A program made the position numbers and the translations under genes. Below are positions 18,534-26,978 of a stretch of 36,759 nt of DNA, piece after piece. The DNA is from Candidatus Parabeggiatoa sp. HSG14. Lineage in GTDB: Bacteria > Pseudomonadota > Gammaproteobacteria > Beggiatoales > Beggiatoaceae. The notes below the pieces were generated by a model. It saw nothing but the letters and a program-made list of their open reading frames with translations, was not told where the DNA came from and did not search any database. The stretch lies in the NCBI RefSeq assembly GCF_030378085.1, contig NZ_JAUCGK010000008.1; one strand, 5' to 3'. Each line of letters opens with the position of its first letter. Positions within the stretch are counted from its first letter, which is position 1.

Positions 18534-20139
18534 TAATGTTATTAGATGATTTCTCATTATCAACAGCCAACTCTTCTGTTTTGATCTGGCTTTTTACGCC
18601 GTTACTCCCATTGCTAAGTTTCGCAACTTTTGTTTTTGCAACAGTCAGATAAACTTTCTTTTTAACCATTTTACCAGTTAATGCCTTGTCAATCTCTTTT
18701 CTGTACAAATTCATCGCTTCACTGAGTTTATCTTTGGACATTACTTTTGTAGATTCCAATGAATCAAGTAAACTGTGAAGACGTTTAGAAAACCATTTTG
18801 CATATTCTTCAGATAAAGCACCTGCTAATTTATCCAAATCCTGAATAACATTTTTCGTTTTGTCGATAACATTTTCAAAAGTGTTAATGCTTTGCTTTGT
18901 ATAATCTTCCCAATCTATCTGTTTTAAAAGTTTTTCGGGATCGCCTTTTCCAAGACTACGTGATGTAGCCAATAATGTTGACTTAGTCAGTTTACCGCTT
19001 TCTTTTAGAATAGCTTTAAATAGTCCTTTTAAAAAACTGCCAAAAGTGGGAACACATCCAATCAGAGTGATTAAGAGATTTGTCCAATTTCCTATTTTTT
19101 CTCGTTCTGCATTATCGCTCAAGGTTATGATGTTTGCAGTGAGATCACGAGCGTCGCCTACTTGATCTAAAATAGGAAGCATTGTGATCACTGTGTTAGC
19201 AATAATTTGAAATGTTGTCGGTTCTTTGTTAAAGTCACCTTGAATGATACCCCAAATCAATTTTATAGGCTCTAAAACATTATCAATAAGTACATCGTAA
19301 ACAATACTCCAATGACCTGATTTTTCAGTAGGTTCTTTTTGAGTAATTTGTTTAGAAGTCAAATTGGAGGCATATATTGGATTGGATTGCGCTTCTTTAT
19401 TTGGTTTATAATCACGAGTATCCTCACCACATTCTATTTCTATTTGCCCCTCACTTACAGTAACACAGGCAATGCCTTTGTCAGAGAAAAAGCCTGTCAA
19501 TTCTTGATTGTCACTATCTTTAATTTTATAGGATGCTTTACAGACAGGTGTATCATCTTGATAGTAATAAAATAATTCAACATTAATTTTTTCTTTATCA
19601 ATTTTTTCTTTTTCACCAATGTTGATTTGTTCTTTAACAACTTTATTTTGATTACCAGTTTGTACTGATACTTGACTTTCTTTCTTTTTTAAGAATAACG
19701 ATTGCGGTGCTGTCGCTTCCACTGCCATTATGTCTTGCTCACATTCAACAACTTGCCATTGCCCATTCTTAGAAAGAATTAAATCAGGTTTACCATCTGG
19801 TGTTAAAGCGGGTTGAGCCACTATTGCTTGAAATGTTCCCTCTGTTTTTTCAGTGACACAAGCAGTCTTAGAAAATACCTCTGTACTCAATGTCGAGCTA
19901 TCCACTGATAATTCAATTAACAAGAGCATTCCCGGCGTTGAATGAATTTGTGTGGTATACTTTTTTCCAATATTTTGAATTTGTGGAAAATCTGTCTCAA
20001 TAACAACCGGTTCTCCCTTAATATTTAGAAGAGATTGTCCACCATTCAAATCTGTTTCACCATTAAAACCATCCCATGCCCAACTGGTATCAGGTTTTAA
20101 CTCAATTTTTCCACCCTTAACAACTAAAAATACTGACAT
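18502..20139 (-). CDS. Hypothetical protein (545 aa): beta-rich N-terminal region, then an amphipathic/hydrophobic helical C-terminal half
   Basis: A long minus-strand ORF. Its last 10 codons and the stop codon are encoded by a dispersed CRISPR-like repeat unit (18497-18533), so the true C-terminus is uncertain. The N-terminus 'MSVFLVVKGGKIELKPDTSWAWDG' weakly resembles Hcp/tube-protein N-termini. That resemblance is very tentative. Confidence 0.6.
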   Translation of the reverse strand: MSVFLVVKGGKIELKPDTSWAWDGFNGETDLNGGQSLLNIKGEPVVIETDFPQIQNIGKKYTTQIHSTPGMLLLIELSVDSSTLSTEVFSKTACVTEKTEGTFQAIVAQPALTPDGKPDLILSKNGQWQVVECEQDIMAVEATAPQSLFLKKKESQVSVQTGNQNKVVKEQINIGEKEKIDKEKINVELFYYYQDDTPVCKASYKIKDSDNQELTGFFSDKGIACVTVSEGQIEIECGEDTRDYKPNKEAQSNPIYASNLTSKQITQKEPTEKSGHWSIVYDVLIDNVLEPIKLIWGIIQGDFNKEPTTFQIIANTVITMLPILDQVGDARDLTANIITLSDNAEREKIGNWTNLLITLIGCVPTFGSFLKGLFKAILKESGKLTKSTLLATSRSLGKGDPEKLLKQIDWEDYTKQSINTFENVIDKTKNVIQDLDKLAGALSEEYAKWFSKRLHSLLDSLESTKVMSKDKLSEAMNLYRKEIDKALTGKMVKKKVYLTVAKTKVAKLSNGSNGVKSQIKTEELAVDNEKSSNNISFNPKGVKHE

Positions 20140-20181
20140 TTTTTTACTCTCTTTATTTGGTTGATTTTTTCATTAAAATTT

Positions 20182-20343
20182 TTCTGATTATAACGAATTT
20201 TGGGGACACCCCCCTAACCCCCCGTACACAGGGGGAAGTCCCAAAATAGAAAAATTAAAGCAAAGTGTCGAATGATGTTTGGTTCCACCCGTGTACGGGG
20301 GGTTAGGGGGGTATGGTGTCCCCAAAATCTGTTACAATCAGAA
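20182..20343. mobile_element. MITE-like element B, copy 1: about 50-bp terminal inverted repeats around a 61-bp core
   Basis: The left arm is 'ttctgattataacgaattttggggacacccccctaaccccccgtacac'. The right arm is 'gtgtacggggggttaggggggtatggtgtccccaaaatctgttacaatcagaa'. A second copy at 36605-36742 has its core in the opposite orientation. Confidence 0.8.
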
Positions 20344-20387
20344 ATTTTTGATATAATAAATTTGATGCTCAAGTTTCTTTCCAAAGC

Positions 20388-20573
20388 CTATAACTACAAG
20401 GATTACTTATAATAAAGGATTAAATCAAAACCAGATTAATGAGGAGTTATGTTATTCTCAATAACCAACGACTTTTGTTTGATGTTCATTAAGATTCATT
20501 ATGGTAGTGTTTCTTAACTAACCAATTGTGATGTTTTTATCCCTTATTATAAGTAATCCTTGTAGTTATATAG
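20388..20573. mobile_element. MITE-like element C
   Basis: It has roughly 33-bp inverted repeats: 'ctataactacaaggattacttataataaaggat' at 20388-20420 and 'atcccttattataagtaatccttgtagttatatag' at 20539-20573. These flank a core of about 120 bp. Confidence 0.7.
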
Positions 20574-20638
20574 TAAGAGCGACAAAACTTGAACATTTAA
20601 GATAAACCAATTTCCAATTTTTATAAAGCCAAAAAAAC

Positions 20639-22291
20639 ATGAAAGAATTTTTATTAATAGGAAAACGTCCAACTCACAAAATCAATGATGCTGCCGTTGG
20701 TGTTAACGATTATAAATTTTATAATAGGTTATCAACCCAATTTAAGGAAACTTTAATTTATCCACGCGATGAATATCATGAAACATTTTGCTGTGCTGTG
20801 ACTCAAGAAAAAGATTACCTGAGTATTTTTGTAAGTAATAAGCGTCCTGAAGATTTTAAAAAAGATTTTCCCAGTTTGCTATTTTTTAGTTATGCACTTG
20901 AAGCGAATACCCTACGTTTTATGCGAAAAACTGAAAGTGGTAGAGAAGAAAATGTAGCCTTTTATCATGCTATCACAAGTGAAAGAGGACTTAAAATTCT
21001 TAGCATGAAAAAAATTGCGCTTGCTTATGATGATAATAAAACGCTTTGGCAACACAAATCATCACTCAGTCAGCACTTATTTATTCAAGAAACCAAAGAT
21101 GATTATCAACCAAACGGTTATAAGGTAATTATACAACGTCCAAATAAATTGCCTGAGACAAAAAATACCGTTTGGGTAAATCCAATCTGTTTACGTTTAC
21201 CATTGATGGGAGGTGAACTCAATCCAGAAACCTTTCAATTATGGGAGGAAAATACCGAACCACTTTGGTTAGAGCCGCTTTTTCAAAATGAACAAGCTCC
21301 TCTGATTCAGTTTTATCAACATGGCGAGGAACAAATTAAGTCTAAAAAATCGTTGAGCCGAATTGAAAAATTGATTTGGGGCAATTCTACAAACCAAAAT
21401 GATTATTATCGTTGGCAAGTCTTTGCGGCTTTAGATGCTTTACAAGGACATTTTCATCTTAATAATCAATCACAATATTATTGGGAGCCTCCCAAAACGT
21501 TAAGCCCAAATGCCCGTTACTTTGCCGATTATTGGTTAAAGCGTTGGCATGGTAAAGAGGAAAAGGATATTATCCATAATGATAATAAGCCAATTTCTCC
21601 GCCTTCATACACGCCAACCTTTCGTTATACGACTAATACGATGGATGTACCTTTCAATAATAATCACCATAATCGGGAAAAATTATTTGAAGATTTTTCG
21701 TTATTAGAGCAATCGGCGTTTAAGATGATTTCAGCGATATTAAAAGATTGTCCTGATAGTCATGTTGCCAACGATTTACATCGTGGTTATCTCACGATTC
21801 ACGAAAATCAAAACGGACAATATAGCCTAAATTTTAATGCCAACGCCTATTTGTACGAATTTGCCCAACGTTATATTGTGCCTTTTTCACCCATAACAGT
21901 AGCATTTCCGCAACCCGTATTTAAAGAAAAATCGGGAGTAACAGATTTTTTAAAGGCACAAAAGAAATATTATGAAAGTGATATTGAGAAATTAGAAGAG
22001 CGGTTTGATCTCATCAAATCTACATTTCATGGCGCACGGGGATTTTTTCAACAGTTATGTGATTGTTTAGAAAATGGCTTACAAGATGATAACTTTGAGC
22101 CACCCTTGCAGAACGGCTGGTGGAATCATTGGCATGAATGGTTATATAGTCACAGCATCCAAAGCCAATTTATTTTCACTTTACCACCGATTCAACAACC
22201 GACTCGGGTTGGACAAGCCAAAGTGGGGGAAAACACTTTTGTTGGGGGACACAAAAATTATCGACAAGATAAAATTGAAATGTGTTTTTAA
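20639..22291 (+). CDS. Hypothetical protein (550 aa)
   Basis: A long ORF divergent from 18502..20139. No motif was recognised. W/H/Y-rich. Confidence 0.6.
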   Translation: MKEFLLIGKRPTHKINDAAVGVNDYKFYNRLSTQFKETLIYPRDEYHETFCCAVTQEKDYLSIFVSNKRPEDFKKDFPSLLFFSYALEANTLRFMRKTESGREENVAFYHAITSERGLKILSMKKIALAYDDNKTLWQHKSSLSQHLFIQETKDDYQPNGYKVIIQRPNKLPETKNTVWVNPICLRLPLMGGELNPETFQLWEENTEPLWLEPLFQNEQAPLIQFYQHGEEQIKSKKSLSRIEKLIWGNSTNQNDYYRWQVFAALDALQGHFHLNNQSQYYWEPPKTLSPNARYFADYWLKRWHGKEEKDIIHNDNKPISPPSYTPTFRYTTNTMDVPFNNNHHNREKLFEDFSLLEQSAFKMISAILKDCPDSHVANDLHRGYLTIHENQNGQYSLNFNANAYLYEFAQRYIVPFSPITVAFPQPVFKEKSGVTDFLKAQKKYYESDIEKLEERFDLIKSTFHGARGFFQQLCDCLENGLQDDNFEPPLQNGWWNHWHEWLYSHSIQSQFIFTLPPIQQPTRVGQAKVGENTFVGGHKNYRQDKIEMCF

Positions 22292-22412
22292 AAACTTGTT
22301 CTGTTGAACTTTGAATCTTATTGTATTTTTATTTTCTTAGTCCTAAAATAAATCTGCAATTTTTCAACTATTTTTTTAAATGATGAGTCACAAGAAGGAG
22401 ATATGATTTATT

Positions 22413-22838
22413 ATGAGTACACAAGAATTGACTCTCGAATTACCTAAAAACCTATTTCAGCAATTAGCTCAAATAGCAAAGCTAACCCATCAATCAATTG
22501 AATCATTAGCTATTCAGAGTATTTCGAGTAATTTACCACCAACCATAGAAAATGCACCCTTAGAAATGCAAGCCAGTTTACAAAAACTACAAACGCTCTC
22601 AATTGAAAAATTACTCAACGTTGCCAACGCCCAAATACCTGCGAATCAACAACAACGCCATTTAACCTTGCTCACTGAAAATCAAACAACTGAATTGATG
22701 TCTTTTGAAAAACGTCAAGAACTCGGAGAATTAGGCCAACTGGCAGATCAGTTAACGTTGAAAAAAGCTTATGCTTGGGCAATTTTACGCTGGCGTGGTT
22801 ATCGAATCCCTAACCTCGAAGAATTACCCTTAACATAA
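22413..22838 (+). CDS. Small hypothetical protein (141 aa), partner of the downstream HNH gene
   Basis: It has a GGAG SD about 7 nt upstream. Its stop lies 2 nt before the HNH start, which suggests an operon. It is helical and Q/L-rich, with no catalytic motif. Confidence 0.5.
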   Translation: MSTQELTLELPKNLFQQLAQIAKLTHQSIESLAIQSISSNLPPTIENAPLEMQASLQKLQTLSIEKLLNVANAQIPANQQQRHLTLLTENQTTELMSFEKRQELGELGQLADQLTLKKAYAWAILRWRGYRIPNLEELPLT

Positions 22839-22840
22839 CT

Positions 22841-23260
22841 ATGTCTATTTCTGAAACTTTAAGACAACAAGTATCGGCAGAAGCTGGCCATTGTTGCGAA
22901 TATTGTCGCACTTGTCGGCGGATAATTGGTATGCCATTAGTCATTGATCACATTATTCCTCAAGTCAAAGGTGGAGGTGATGAACGAGAAAATCTTGCAG
23001 CTGCTTGTTATCGTTGCAATGAATTTAAAGGAGCAAAAACTGAAAATATTGACCCAGCAACAACTACCTTAGTTCCTTTATTCAACCCTCGTTCCCATAC
23101 TTGGAAAACCCATTTTGTTTGGGCAAATGGTGGAATTCATCTGATTGGTTTGACTCCAATTGGTCGTGCTACAGTTATTGCTTTACGGATGAATAATGAA
23201 TATATTGTGGAATCCCGACGTTTATGGGTGGCAATGAATTGGTATCCACCATTAGATTAA
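22841..23260 (+). CDS. HNH endonuclease
   Basis: It carries an HNH core 'CEYCRT...PLVIDHIIPQVKGGGDERENLAAACYRCNEFKG', with a Cys-x2-Cys ... His-x(n)-Asn ... Cys-x2-Cys arrangement. Confidence 0.8.
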   Translation: MSISETLRQQVSAEAGHCCEYCRTCRRIIGMPLVIDHIIPQVKGGGDERENLAAACYRCNEFKGAKTENIDPATTTLVPLFNPRSHTWKTHFVWANGGIHLIGLTPIGRATVIALRMNNEYIVESRRLWVAMNWYPPLD

Positions 23261-23281
23261 CTCTTATTAAAAACAATTATT

Positions 23282-23330
23282 CCTCGTTTCCAATGCCTAT
23301 CATGACGCGCCAGCGTCATTCCTTATAAAA
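23282..23330 (+). repeat. Repeated box 'tcgtt(t)ccaa.gc...atcatgacgc.ccagcgtcattccttataaa', copy 1
   Basis: It lies between the HNH gene stop and the 23348 start. A second copy is at 30912-30974, between the Rpn gene stop and the ung start. It contains the palindrome tgacgc-N4-gcgtca. Confidence 0.8.
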
Positions 23331-23347
23331 AAGAGTTAAAGCTATTT

Positions 23348-26300
23348 ATGACAACTAACGAAACCCCACTTTTTAAATTATTGTCCGAATTTAAAATGTG
23401 GACAAATGATGATGCCTTAGATGAACAACGCTTAGTACAACATGAACTCGTCTTGGCACATCTTGCCCGTTTGTATGGGAGCCTTTATTGGAATAGCCAA
23501 GTATTTGGTTTGTGTCCACAGATACCATTGCAACTTGATATCCAAGCAGGTACGCTCTCCAAACTGGTAGCGATTACCAAAACGGGCAAGTTGATGGTTT
23601 GCGAGCAAGCCAAAATCCCTGAGTGCGATAATTCTGGTGATAGGGGGTTATTTGCTATTGCTTCGCCTTATCCATTCCCAAAGTCATTACAAAACAAGCT
23701 GCCCCATTTTCCTTTGTGTCAAGTCAAGTTGGAATGGTTGCCGTGGGAAAAAGGAAATCGGGAGATTGTTAAAACCGGTGCGGGTATTCCATTGGCGCGG
23801 ATGAAAGAAGGACAATGGGATAACTATAAACCACCTGTTGTTAATTTAGTGACTGATGACATTTTACAAAAAGAAACGGTTCATCGGGAACGAATGGAAA
23901 AATATCTTTCCAATGATGTGGAAACGTTAAAACAAAATACGCATTCCTTGAAACAGCAATTTTCCGACAGAAATTCTCATTGGGAGAGAACAGAGCAAAG
24001 TTACCAAGAAAAAAATCTTGCCTTGGAAAAACAACTGGACGATTTGAGAACGCATCATAAAAGAGGGATTATAGATATTGTTTTGTTGGGCGTTTTTGTC
24101 ATTGGGGGATTAGTTTTCTGGCATACGCAGACAATAGAAAGTCTGAAAACAGAATCCAATCAACTCAAAGTTGCTTTGGAAAACCAAATATCAGAGTTGA
24201 CTAAACAACATGGTAGTCAATTAACAAGTTTGACTAGCCAACAAATTCAAGACAAAGTTGCTTTGAAAGAGCAGATTCAAAACTTGGGAGAACAACATGA
24301 CGAAAAACTGAAAACTCAGTCAACTCAATTAACAACTTTGGATAAAAAGCACAACCAAGAACGGAAAGGACTTAAAGTTGTTTTGGAAAGCCAAATATCA
24401 GAGTTGACTAAACAACATGGCGATAAACTGAAAACTCAGTCAAGTCAATTAACAACTTTGACTGAACAACTAAAATCTGAAATTGAGCAAGTAGCAACTA
24501 CACATAATACGAATGTCAAAGAACTCAAGGATAAGTCAACTCAACTAGAAACCGCTTTGACAAACCAAAAAAATGCCTTGACTAAAAAGCATAACAACGA
24601 TTTGAAAGAGCAGTCGATTCAATTGGCAAGCTTGACTAACCAGCAAAGCCAAGACAAAGAGGAATTGAAAACAGAGTCGAATCAACTCAAAGTTGCTTTG
24701 GAAAGTCAAATATCAGAATTGACTAAACAACATGGTAGTCAATTAACAAATTTGACTAACCAGCAAATCAAAGATAAAAATGAGTTGAAAAAAGAATCCA
24801 ACCAACTCAAAGATGCTTTGGAAAGTCAAATATCAGAATTGACAAAACAACATAATAGTCAATTAGCAGGTTTGACTAGCCAGCAAAGCCAAGACAAAGA
24901 GGAATTGAAAACAGAGTCGAATCAACTCAAAGTTGCTTTGGAAAATCAAATATCAGAATTGACAAAACAACATAATAGTCAATTAGCAAATTTGACTAGC
25001 CAGCAAAGCCAAGACAAAGTTGCTTTGAAAGAGCAGATTCAAAACTTGGGAGAACAACATGGCGATAAACTGAAAACTCAGTCAACTCAATTAACAACTT
25101 TGGATAAAAAGCACAACCAAGAACTGAAAGGACTTAAAGTTGTCTTGGAAAGCCAAATATCAGAGTTGACTAAACAACATGACGAAAAACTGAAAACTCA
25201 GTCAACTCAATTAACAACTTTGACTGAACAACTGAAAACTGAAATTGGGCAGGTAGCAAGTACCCATCAAACGAATGTCAAAGAACTAAAGGATAAGTCA
25301 ACTCAACTGAAAACTGATTTGACAGGCAAAATGGATGCTTTAACTCAAAAGCATGATAACGATTTGAAAATACAGTCAACTCAACTGGAAACCGCTTTGA
25401 CAGGCAAAATTGATGTTTTGATTCAAAAGCATGACAAAGACTTGAAAGAACAGTCGATTCAATTGGCAAGCTTGACTAGCCAGCAAATCAAAGACAAAAA
25501 TGAGTTGAAAACAGAATCCAATCAACTTAAAGTTGCTTTGGAAAGTCAAATATCAGAGTTGACTAAACAACATAATAGTCAATTAACAAATTTGACTAAC
25601 CAGCAAATCAAAGATAAAAATGAGTTGAAAAAAGAATCCAACCAATTCAAAGTTGCCTTGGAAAACCAAATATCAGAGTTATCTAAACAACATGGTAGTC
25701 AATTGACAAGCTTGACTAATCAACAAAGCCAAGACAAAAAAGATTTGGAAACATATTCCAAACAACTGAAAACTGTAGAAAAGTTATCTAAACAACATGG
25801 CGATAAACTGAAAACTCAGTCAAGTCAATTAACAAAATTGGATAACAAGTTTAATCAAAACCAAAGGAAAAATGAAAAATTTTTCGACAGATTAAAAGAT
25901 GGTAGTTTAGGCCCGGCAATGGTTTGGATTCCTGCGGGGACTTTCCGTATGGGAGATATTCAAGGCAATGGCGATTCAGATAAAAAGCCAGTGCATGTAG
26001 ATGTAAAAAAGTTTGCGATAGGACGCTATGAAGTGACTTTTGCAGAATATGATAAGTTTGCCGAGGCAACGAGTAGAACACCACCTTCTGGTGGTTGGGG
26101 GCGCGGTAATCGTCCGGTGATAAATATATCTTGGGAGGATGCCACCGCTTACACCGAATGGTTAAGTCAACAAACCGGTAAACAGTATCGTTTACCCACC
26201 GAGGCGGAATGGGAATACGCTGCACGAGCGGGGACGGAGACTAAATACTGGTGGAGCAATGACATTGGCACTAATCAAGCCAATTGTGATAATTGTGGTG

Positions 26301-26590
26301 ACCGTTTTAAAAACACAGCCCCGGTGGGTTCGTTTGCGGCGAATCCGTTTGGTTTGTATGATACAGTGGGTAATGTTTGGGAATGGACTTGTTCTGAATA
26401 CGAAAGCAACTATAGTGGTAAGGAAAAAGTCTGTTTAAGTAAAGAACATTCTAATAATAGTAGCCTTTTTGTCCTGCGCGGTGGCTCGTGGGATGACTAC
26501 GCGGAAGAAACGCAATCGGCGAGCAGCAGAAAGTATTCGCGGACGTACCATCTCTGGAACATAGGTTTTCGACTCGCTAGGACGCTGTAA
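23348..26590 (+). CDS. Membrane-anchored protein: N-terminal domain, about 570 aa of tandem coiled-coil repeats, and a C-terminal FGE-sulfatase (SUMF1 / C-type-lectin-fold) domain
   Basis: A TM helix 'IIDIVLLGVFVIGGLVFWHT' sits around aa 240. About 40-aa repeats ('ESNQLKVALESQISELTKQHGSQLTSLTNQQ...') are arranged in a higher-order unit of about 290 aa that is itself duplicated, with near-identical DNA (24131-25853). The C-terminus 'MVWIPAGTFRMGD...LRGGSWDD...IGFRLART' is a canonical FGE-sulfatase domain. Confidence 0.8.
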   Translation: MTTNETPLFKLLSEFKMWTNDDALDEQRLVQHELVLAHLARLYGSLYWNSQVFGLCPQIPLQLDIQAGTLSKLVAITKTGKLMVCEQAKIPECDNSGDRGLFAIASPYPFPKSLQNKLPHFPLCQVKLEWLPWEKGNREIVKTGAGIPLARMKEGQWDNYKPPVVNLVTDDILQKETVHRERMEKYLSNDVETLKQNTHSLKQQFSDRNSHWERTEQSYQEKNLALEKQLDDLRTHHKRGIIDIVLLGVFVIGGLVFWHTQTIESLKTESNQLKVALENQISELTKQHGSQLTSLTSQQIQDKVALKEQIQNLGEQHDEKLKTQSTQLTTLDKKHNQERKGLKVVLESQISELTKQHGDKLKTQSSQLTTLTEQLKSEIEQVATTHNTNVKELKDKSTQLETALTNQKNALTKKHNNDLKEQSIQLASLTNQQSQDKEELKTESNQLKVALESQISELTKQHGSQLTNLTNQQIKDKNELKKESNQLKDALESQISELTKQHNSQLAGLTSQQSQDKEELKTESNQLKVALENQISELTKQHNSQLANLTSQQSQDKVALKEQIQNLGEQHGDKLKTQSTQLTTLDKKHNQELKGLKVVLESQISELTKQHDEKLKTQSTQLTTLTEQLKTEIGQVASTHQTNVKELKDKSTQLKTDLTGKMDALTQKHDNDLKIQSTQLETALTGKIDVLIQKHDKDLKEQSIQLASLTSQQIKDKNELKTESNQLKVALESQISELTKQHNSQLTNLTNQQIKDKNELKKESNQFKVALENQISELSKQHGSQLTSLTNQQSQDKKDLETYSKQLKTVEKLSKQHGDKLKTQSSQLTKLDNKFNQNQRKNEKFFDRLKDGSLGPAMVWIPAGTFRMGDIQGNGDSDKKPVHVDVKKFAIGRYEVTFAEYDKFAEATSRTPPSGGWGRGNRPVINISWEDATAYTEWLSQQTGKQYRLPTEAEWEYAARAGTETKYWWSNDIGTNQANCDNCGDRFKNTAPVGSFAANPFGLYDTVGNVWEWTCSEYESNYSGKEKVCLSKEHSNNSSLFVLRGGSWDDYAEETQSASSRKYSRTYHLWNIGFRLARTL
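24131..25853 (+). repeat. Intragenic tandem repeats (about 120-bp units within duplicated about 870-bp super-units) in the 23348..26590 CDS
   Basis: Near-identical DNA blocks recur. For example, 'caactcaaagttgctttggaaa.tcaaatatcagagttgactaaacaacat' appears at least six times. Confidence 0.85.
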
Positions 26591-26719
26591 CAATTGGGGT
26601 TAAGTTGGAAGAAGTTGAGATAGACAGAGAATGGTAACGAAATGTTATTTTTATAATTAATTGATGTTACGCACTCAATTTTCACAAGCCTTGGGAATGG
26701 TCATGAAATAATTTCCCCT

Positions 26720-26850
26720 CTAATTCCACCGGTGGCTATTCACATTCAACCCCTATCGGGGTTGAAACAAACCCGTTTACCTAATTCCACCGGTTCCACC
26801 GGTGGCTATTCACAGTCAACCCCTATCGGGGTTGAAACAAACCCATTCAC
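26720..26850 (+). repeat. Tandem duplication of a roughly 61-70-bp CRISPR-repeat-like hairpin unit, upstream of the LRR gene
   Basis: The units are 'ggtggctattcaca(t/g)tcaacccctatcggggttgaaac' at 26731-26768 and 26801-26838. Each is preceded by 'ctaattccacc' and followed by 'aaaccc', so the spacing sequence is itself repeated. An inverted partial unit lies at 26892-26925. Confidence 0.8.
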
Positions 26851-26978
26851 AGGTTTTGAGGTTGAAGTTTCGTTTCAGTCAAAAAACTGCCCAACCCCGA
26901 TAGGGGTTAAATGTGAATAGCCACCGGTGAAACCGGTGGAAACTGACGTGAAAACAAATAAGGAACAATTTATTTATT

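Noticed and set aside
22074-22307. ORF 22074-22307 and ORF 9164-9376 as separate genes
   Set aside because: They are alternate-frame ORFs overlapping the 20639-22291 gene and lnt respectively, with no support.
26731-26925. CRISPR array with 38-nt repeats and a 32-nt spacer
   Set aside because: There are only two direct units plus one inverted unit. The apparent spacer is itself part of the repeated unit (the same 'ctaattccacc' and 'aaaccc' flanks on both copies). No cas genes are in the window. It is better described as a tandem duplication of a CRISPR-repeat-like hairpin element. CRISPR ancestry of the unit itself remains possible.
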